Shown one piece after another: positions 51,327-56,985 of a stretch of DNA of 56,985 nt. This DNA is from Candidatus Buchananbacteria bacterium RIFCSPHIGHO2_02_FULL_39_17 (GTDB lineage Bacteria > Patescibacteriota > Patescibacteriia > Buchananbacterales > UBA6539). Both the position numbers and the translations under genes were made by a program. The stretch spans positions 1-56,985 of the forward strand of contig MHII01000006.1 of NCBI GenBank assembly GCA_001817425.1. Direction: 5' to 3'. How positions within the stretch are numbered: the stretch's first letter is position 1; each line of letters starts with the position of its first letter. The notes below the pieces were generated by a model. The model did no database searches, was not told the DNA's origin, and worked only from the letters and a program-made list of their open reading frames with translations.

Positions 51327-52760
51327 CTATTTTTCAAATCTAGGAAATAATGGTTCCCCTTTTTTAATCTGCTTAGTGGTAAAAATTTTTTCAATTTTTT
51401 CCGCGGTTTGGGGCAAGAATGGTTTTAATAATTGACTAATTTGAAAAATGCCATTAGCCGCTTGATTTAAAATTTTGCTTAACTCCGCCTTTTTACCAGC
51501 CTTAGCTAACTCCCACGGTTTTGTGGTGGTAATCAAACTATCTAATGCTGCGATTTTATCCCAAATATATTTTAACGCCTGATCAAACGAGAAACTCTCA
51601 ATTATTTGATCAAACTGCTTATCTTGCTTATCTTGCTTATCTTGCTTTATCTTGACTTTATTTTGTTCAATGAGCCCCGCTACCCGGCTGACTAAATTGC
51701 CCAAACCATTGGCTAAATCCGCTTGATAAGCGGCTTCTAATTTTTCCAACGAAAAATCCGAATCTTGAACCGGATGAATATAGCGCAAAAGATAATAACG
51801 AACAACTTCACTGCCGTATTTTTCTACCAACACAAAAGGGTCAACTACGTTACCCAATGATTTTGACATTTTTTCACCGGCAATGTTAATGTAACCGTGG
51901 ACAAATAATTTTTTCGGCAGAGGCAAACCAGCGGACAAAAGCATCACCGGCCAATAAACCGCGTGAAACCGGATAATGCCTTTGCCAATTATATGAACAT
52001 CAGCCGGCCAAAACTTTTTAAAATTTTTGCCGTTTCTATCATAATCAAGAGCGGTAATATAATTGCTTAAAGCATCATACCAAACATACATTACTTGGCT
52101 TTGGTCACCCGGCACCGGCACGCCCCAGTTTTTCGCCCGCGCCTGCGAACGCGAAATAGAAAAATCTTCCAATCCCATCTCAATAAAACTTAATACTTCA
52201 TTTTTTCGGCTGGCCGGCATAATCTGATATTCGTCACTTTTAATCAACTTTTTTAATTTGTCTTGATAGGCAGAAAGGCGAAAAAAATAGTTTTCTTCCT
52301 CAACTACTTGAAGTTTTGTTTGGTGCTCCGGGCATTTATTATCCACTAATTCTTTTTCGGCATAAAATTGTTCACAGCCAACACAATAAAGCCCCTTATA
52401 TTTTTTTTTGTAAATGTCTTTTGATTTTGTTGCCTGCCAAAGCTTTTGGCAGCCGATGAAATGTTTCTTGGCCGTGGTCTGAATAAAGTCATTATTTGAA
52501 ATATTTAAAACTTTGCCTAACTCAATAAAACGTTTCGTGTTTCGATCAACAAATTTCTGAACCGTCAAACCCTCTTTTTCCGCGGCTAAGACATTTTTCA
52601 AACTGTTTTCGTCAGTGCCAGTTAAGAAAAAAACCTCATCGCCTTTTTGCCGATGATAACGCGCGACGGCATCGGTCTGGATCAATTCTAAAGCAAAGCC
52701 AATATGCGGCGCGGCATTAACGTATGGAATAGCCGTGGTGATGTAAAATTTTTTTGACAT
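51327..52760 (-). CDS. metG: methionyl-tRNA synthetase (short form)
   Basis: YVNAAPHIG, YVWYDALSNY, KMSKSLGN. Confidence 0.97.
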   Translation of the reverse strand: MSKKFYITTAIPYVNAAPHIGFALELIQTDAVARYHRQKGDEVFFLTGTDENSLKNVLAAEKEGLTVQKFVDRNTKRFIELGKVLNISNNDFIQTTAKKHFIGCQKLWQATKSKDIYKKKYKGLYCVGCEQFYAEKELVDNKCPEHQTKLQVVEEENYFFRLSAYQDKLKKLIKSDEYQIMPASRKNEVLSFIEMGLEDFSISRSQARAKNWGVPVPGDQSQVMYVWYDALSNYITALDYDRNGKNFKKFWPADVHIIGKGIIRFHAVYWPVMLLSAGLPLPKKLFVHGYINIAGEKMSKSLGNVVDPFVLVEKYGSEVVRYYLLRYIHPVQDSDFSLEKLEAAYQADLANGLGNLVSRVAGLIEQNKVKIKQDKQDKQDKQFDQIIESFSFDQALKYIWDKIAALDSLITTTKPWELAKAGKKAELSKILNQAANGIFQISQLLKPFLPQTAEKIEKIFTTKQIKKGEPLFPRFEK

Positions 52761-52761
52761 A

Positions 52762-53028
52762 TTATTTATTATTTCGGCCGAACCTGAACCAGCCTATGAT
52801 CACTGCATCAACACTAATAAAAGCAAAAATATTAGGAATAACAATTATTGGATTACGTAACTCAATACCATAAAGTGTCCATAATATAATACTAATAAAA
52901 ATAATTAAATAGGTAACAATTGAAATATCACCAGCACTTTTTCTTTTGAATATTTTATAGGCTTGAGGAAAGTTGGCGCAACCACCAATTACTCCAAAAA
53001 TCCCTGCTAAAATTTCTAATAAGCTCAT
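52762..53028 (-). CDS. SemiSWEET / PQ-loop transporter
   Basis: FPQAYKIFKRKSAGDIS, WTLYGI, PN; three TM helices. Confidence 0.85.
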   Translation of the reverse strand: MSLLEILAGIFGVIGGCANFPQAYKIFKRKSAGDISIVTYLIIFISIILWTLYGIELRNPIIVIPNIFAFISVDAVIIGWFRFGRNNK

Positions 53029-53039
53029 CAATTTTTTTG

Positions 53040-53705
53040 TTACTTATTCGAAACAATCACCACAAACTCTCCCTTAACTCTATCTTTTAATAATTGCTCT
53101 AAAACCTCTTCAACCGTGCCGCGGTAAATGCTTTCAAATTTTTTAGTCAGCTCGCGACAGACGACAAGCTGCCGCTTTAAACCAAATTGCTTGAGCTGCC
53201 CTAGGGTTTTTAAAATCCGGTGAACTGATTCATAAAAAATTACCGACTGCTCTGACGCAATAATCTCCTTAATCATAGTTTCCCGACCTTTTTTATGAGG
53301 CAAAAAACCTAAAAATAAAAACCGGTCAACCGGTAAACCAGAAACAGAAAGCGCGGCCGTGGCCGCTGAAGGCCCCGGGATTACTTCAACTTTAATATTC
53401 TCTTGCACTGCCGCTTTAACCAATAGACTACCGGGATCAGAAATGCCCGGCATTCCCGCGTCAGTGACTAAGGCAACTTTTTTTCCAACCATCAATTCTT
53501 GAATTAAAAAATTGATTTTAGAAATTTGACTATGTTGATGATAGCTGACCAATGGTTTATTAATTTGATAATGAACCAATAATTTTTTGGTGACGCGAGT
53601 ATCTTCGCAAGCAATTAAATCAACTTCTTTTAAAATTCTTAACGCCCGCAAAGTCATATCTTCTAAATTGCCGATGGGCGTGCCAACAACATATAAAACA
53701 GCCAT
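53040..53705 (-). CDS. rsmI: 16S rRNA C1402 2'-O-methyltransferase
   Basis: TPIGNLEDMTLRA, CEDTR, DAGMPGISDPG, RELTKKFE. Confidence 0.97.
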   Translation of the reverse strand: MAVLYVVGTPIGNLEDMTLRALRILKEVDLIACEDTRVTKKLLVHYQINKPLVSYHQHSQISKINFLIQELMVGKKVALVTDAGMPGISDPGSLLVKAAVQENIKVEVIPGPSAATAALSVSGLPVDRFLFLGFLPHKKGRETMIKEIIASEQSVIFYESVHRILKTLGQLKQFGLKRQLVVCRELTKKFESIYRGTVEEVLEQLLKDRVKGEFVVIVSNK

Positions 53706-53707
53706 AA

Positions 53708-54013
53708 CTATTTCCTTGCCAAAAAAGCGAAAGGCATTAAATAATTAAGCAAATCGCCAAGCGTGACCTGAAAAACTTCGGCTTGAATCAATAAGTCAGC
53801 AATAACTTCGCGCAGCCGGCAAACTTCCTTGAGATGACCAAAATGGCGCTGGTCGTCAATCGCCAAATCAGTCATCGCTAAGGCTCTTTCCAAAGCGTTA
53901 TTGCGCGCCGCTAAATCACCCCGCCCTTCCCAATAATTGGCGCGAGAAATTTCACTGCCAATATTGCCAAGCTGTTGGGTTAAAGATAATTCTTTCCAGT
54001 CTTTTGGTGCCAT
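53708..54013 (-). CDS. conserved helical hypothetical protein
   Basis: QQLGNIGSEISRA...ERAL...KEVCRLRE; tightly coupled to the upstream gene. Confidence 0.7.
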   Translation of the reverse strand: MAPKDWKELSLTQQLGNIGSEISRANYWEGRGDLAARNNALERALAMTDLAIDDQRHFGHLKEVCRLREVIADLLIQAEVFQVTLGDLLNYLMPFAFLARK

Positions 54014-54016
54014 AAA

Positions 54017-54361
54017 TTAAATTATCATCTCGCCAATAATTTCTATAATTTTTGCCCTGACTTCCGGTATTTCAACTATCATTGTGCGATTGCCGATTTT
54101 TGGCCGAATATTAATTAAAGAGGAAAATTCAATTATTTGTTCTTGTGAACGAAAAGGATAAAGATTAATGCCCCACAGATCCGACTGAAGCGATCCGTCT
54201 TTCAATAAAATTTCTTCCGCATCTGAATGCCACTCGCCGCCAAGCGCCATTTTTCTTTTTTCAATATTAACTACGGCTTTAACCATTTCGCCAAAACCCG
54301 CTTCGGCCATTTTCTTTACCTCTTCTAAACTGATTTTTTCGTTGACAATTTTAATTTCCAT
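54017..54361 (-). CDS. DUF5674-like protein
   Basis: MVKAVV, GGEWHSDAE, GS.QSDLWGINL, SLINIRP. Confidence 0.75.
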   Translation of the reverse strand: MEIKIVNEKISLEEVKKMAEAGFGEMVKAVVNIEKRKMALGGEWHSDAEEILLKDGSLQSDLWGINLYPFRSQEQIIEFSSLINIRPKIGNRTMIVEIPEVRAKIIEIIGEMII

Positions 54362-54527
54362 ATTTTAAAAATAGCATAATATTCAAATTTTTTCAAGTGA
54401 ATAAAGTTTCGGTGGGCAGGGCATCAGACCCTGCCCACCGACCAAGGGAGTATCCTCCTTTGGAATCCTCTTATGATCAGTGTTCGCTCGCTACCGCTCG
54501 CTCACAGATTTTATTATTGACTCCGCC

Positions 54528-55088
54528 TCATCCCTGCGGCAGAGACCGCAGGGTATTCGGCGGATTTGCATAATAAAAAACCACCCCGAATTTTGGAGTG
54601 GCAAAGGAGTGGCAAAACTGATCTGTCTCAAGCTTATCGTTGAGATCACTGAGAGGTAAATGAGAAATTGCGGAAATGACCTGCCGACTAGATTGAGAAA
54701 GGCTGGCAATTGTCTCTTCGATCGTGGGCATTACTTTAGTCTCAGCATATCTTTCCACTTGACATTCGCCTACAGTCAAATCTTTAAACCGATAAAGCGA
54801 AAGCCAGAGCTCTTTTTGCTGATTGACCCAAAGAACGGCAAAACCGTTCTTGTAATAGCGCCGAAGTTCAGCGAAAAACTCTTGGCTTTTTTCCGTAGGC
54901 AATCCGTACTGAATTTTACCGGTATCTAAATTAACGATCTCAACTGGTTGACCGCCGGTGACCGTGAATTCAAGATACTCATAGAATTTATGATGATTTG
55001 GCTGAAAATCCCGAGTAGCAAAATAGAGCATAAGTAATCCGAAAAAGAAAATCAAGTAGCGTGTTTTATGTTCGGCCTTGGTTAGCAT
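54528..55088 (-). CDS. membrane-anchored hypothetical protein
   Basis: N-terminal TM, GAGGG RBS, own promoter (TTGACA at 55171-55166). Confidence 0.6.
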   Translation of the reverse strand: MLTKAEHKTRYLIFFFGLLMLYFATRDFQPNHHKFYEYLEFTVTGGQPVEIVNLDTGKIQYGLPTEKSQEFFAELRRYYKNGFAVLWVNQQKELWLSLYRFKDLTVGECQVERYAETKVMPTIEETIASLSQSSRQVISAISHLPLSDLNDKLETDQFCHSFATPKFGVVFYYANPPNTLRSLPQG

Positions 55089-55176
55089 AAACCCTCCTTA
55101 CTTTTGTCTCAACCAAAAACCTTAAAGGAACTTGGGTTGTTATCTTAACAAATAACAAAAAAATTGTCAATGGTCC

Positions 55177-55362
55177 TTACGGGCGCAATAACCGCTGATA
55201 ATTAATGGCAAAACGGTGGGCTTCATTACGAATTTTTTGAATGAGTTTTAAGGTAGGTGAAATTTTCGGCAATTTAATCGGAAACTTACTCTTTAAAGTG
55301 TATATTTCTTCTTCTCTTTTGGCTAAAGCAATAATCGGTAATTCTAAACCTAATAGTTTCAA
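55177..55362 (-). pseudogene. uvrC: uvrC fragment (end of the RNase H-like domain)
   Basis: IIALAKREEEIY...LKLIQKIRNEAHRFAINYQR; only 61 aa. Confidence 0.75.
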
Positions 55363-55592
55363 AGCCCGAGGGTCCGATCAACTGCTGGTTTATTAAAACC
55401 AATAATGATTGTGTCATTGATAATAATTACCGGCACGCCTAAGTGGCCGGTTTTTTCAATCATGGCTTGCGCCTCTTTCGGATCAGCGGCAACGTCAATT
55501 TCAGCATAATTAATATTTTTTTCTTTAAAATAATTTTTCGCCATGGTGCAGTACGGGCAAGTCGGGGTGGTATCAATCGTCACTTTTGGCAT
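55359..55592 (-). CDS. glutaredoxin-like (NrdH/YruB type)
   Basis: TPTCPYC, GVPVIII, IIGFN. Confidence 0.92.
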   Translation of the reverse strand: MPKVTIDTTPTCPYCTMAKNYFKEKNINYAEIDVAADPKEAQAMIEKTGHLGVPVIIINDTIIIGFNKPAVDRTLGL

Positions 55593-55625
55593 TTGGCATA
55601 TTGATGATTGATTTAAAATAATTTT

Positions 55626-56138
55626 TTACTCCGAAAGCAAGTAAGCCAACTTTTCGCCAAACTCCTTGGCGGCATTTGGATCTTTAGCCGTGACAACCAG
55701 CCCATCAATTTCCACTGTCATCCCCGTATAATCCGCGCCCTTGTTTTTCAAATTTTCTTCCTGAGACGGAAAAGCGGTGGCGGTCTTTCCTATCAAAACT
55801 CCGGCATTAGCTAAAATTGAAGGCCCAATGCAAATCGCGGCGGTAATTTTTCCCGCAATTTTAAAATCTTTGGCCAACTTTAAAGCAGTTAAATCATCAA
55901 AATATTCAGTTGCCCCCGAGCCACCGACAAAGGCAATGGCATCAAAATCAGTAACTTTTATTTCCGCCAAAGCCAAGTCCGGCTGAATTTCCGCGCCCAA
56001 TTTGCCAATGGCCTTATTTTTGGTCCGAGCAGCGACCTTAACCATGAAACCATGATTGACTAAAATTTCTTTGGGCACCAAAAGCTCCTCGTCGCGAAAG
56101 TTCTTTTGAGCAATGATAAAAACGACTTTTTTGGACAT
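55626..56138 (-). CDS. DJ-1/PfpI family protein
   Basis: FRDEEL, FVGGSG, AAICIGP. Confidence 0.92.
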   Translation of the reverse strand: MSKKVVFIIAQKNFRDEELLVPKEILVNHGFMVKVAARTKNKAIGKLGAEIQPDLALAEIKVTDFDAIAFVGGSGATEYFDDLTALKLAKDFKIAGKITAAICIGPSILANAGVLIGKTATAFPSQEENLKNKGADYTGMTVEIDGLVVTAKDPNAAKEFGEKLAYLLSE

Positions 56139-56266
56139 AAATTAGGAATTATGAATCATGAATTATGAATCCAGGGAATAAATATCTAACCATAATTCCT
56201 ACTTTTATTATATCATAAATAAAAAAGTAGCGACACGACAATGTCCGATCGCTACTTTTGAAAAAT

Positions 56267-56752
56267 TTAACGGCTCACGCTAATCGTCGGCGTACTCCCG
56301 CCCACGGCTTCTGGGTCGCAAGCACCCACGGCAATCCGGCCATTGGCAGTCTTACGAATATAATAATCAGTTTTAGCCGCACTGCCAGAAGAGGGATCAA
56401 ATGGAATAGAAGCAATATAAGTATCAACTAAACTGGAAGTTAAATCCAAACAGGCCGCAGCTGTGGTTTGCGCCGTGCAGCCAGAATCGCAGCCTGAACC
56501 AGAAGTGCCTAAGGTATAATAAGTTCCGGCAGTGGCGGCGGCTAAGGGCGCCGGCAAACTACCGCGGTTATCAACCGTGTATTTCAAAATCGCATTTAAA
56601 ATTGAATTAGTTGAACTCCAACGTTCGGCATTGCGCGCTTCGGCAAACCGCCGGGCCGGGTCAACCGCGACATAGATAATCGCCGCCAAAATGGAAATAA
56701 TGCCAATAACAATTAATAATTCAATTAAGGTAAAACCTTGTTTTTTTCTCAT
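56267..56752 (-). CDS. type IV pilin-like protein
   Basis: G-FTLIELLIVIGIISILAAI prepilin cleavage motif; four cysteines. Confidence 0.92.
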   Translation of the reverse strand: MRKKQGFTLIELLIVIGIISILAAIIYVAVDPARRFAEARNAERWSSTNSILNAILKYTVDNRGSLPAPLAAATAGTYYTLGTSGSGCDSGCTAQTTAAACLDLTSSLVDTYIASIPFDPSSGSAAKTDYYIRKTANGRIAVGACDPEAVGGSTPTISVSR

Positions 56753-56985
56753 AAATTTTAAGAATAATTATTTAATAATTCTCAAATAAAATGAATTACC
56801 CAACCGCAGCAGAGCTGCGGGGATATCAAATATTCTTAAAAATCATAAGTTGATTTTTCACCGGCCATAATTTTTTATTTAATTATTAAACTAAATTAAT
56901 TATAGCACAAAGTAAAAATTAGTGCTACTTTATGTATAAGTCCACCCAACTTTGCACTCTTGAGGCAAATTAAAGTTATTAGGTT

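Overview
AT-rich bacterial chromosome segment using the standard genetic code. Gene content and intergenic repeat style suggest a Patescibacteria/CPR genome (inference). The housekeeping backbone is gyrB, secE-nusG-rplK-rplA, a dTTP-synthesis cluster (dCMP deaminase, NMP kinase, dut, thyA, folA, tmk), gatB, miaA, thrS, dnaE, pheST, a UvrD-nuclease, pyrEF, tatD, metG, rsmI and a type IV pilin. Two accessory systems stand out. (1) A diversity-generating retroelement at 8503-11175: target gene with VR, TR inside a structured RNA, avd inverted relative to TR and RT, and an RT broken by one extra A. (2) An integrase-less, integron-like cassette array at 28316-32044. Each cassette has its own 22-25+ bp terminal inverted repeat, three carry self-contained reverse-oriented small genes, one gene sits inside an attC-like arm, and hicBA closes the array. 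Also seen: small palindromic elements next to synonymously recoded duplicates of gyrB, rplK and gatB termini; in-frame repeat insertions in essential proteins; a T-box-like thrS leader; and IS1595 and uvrC remnants. All alignments and counts were done by eye and no database searches were run.
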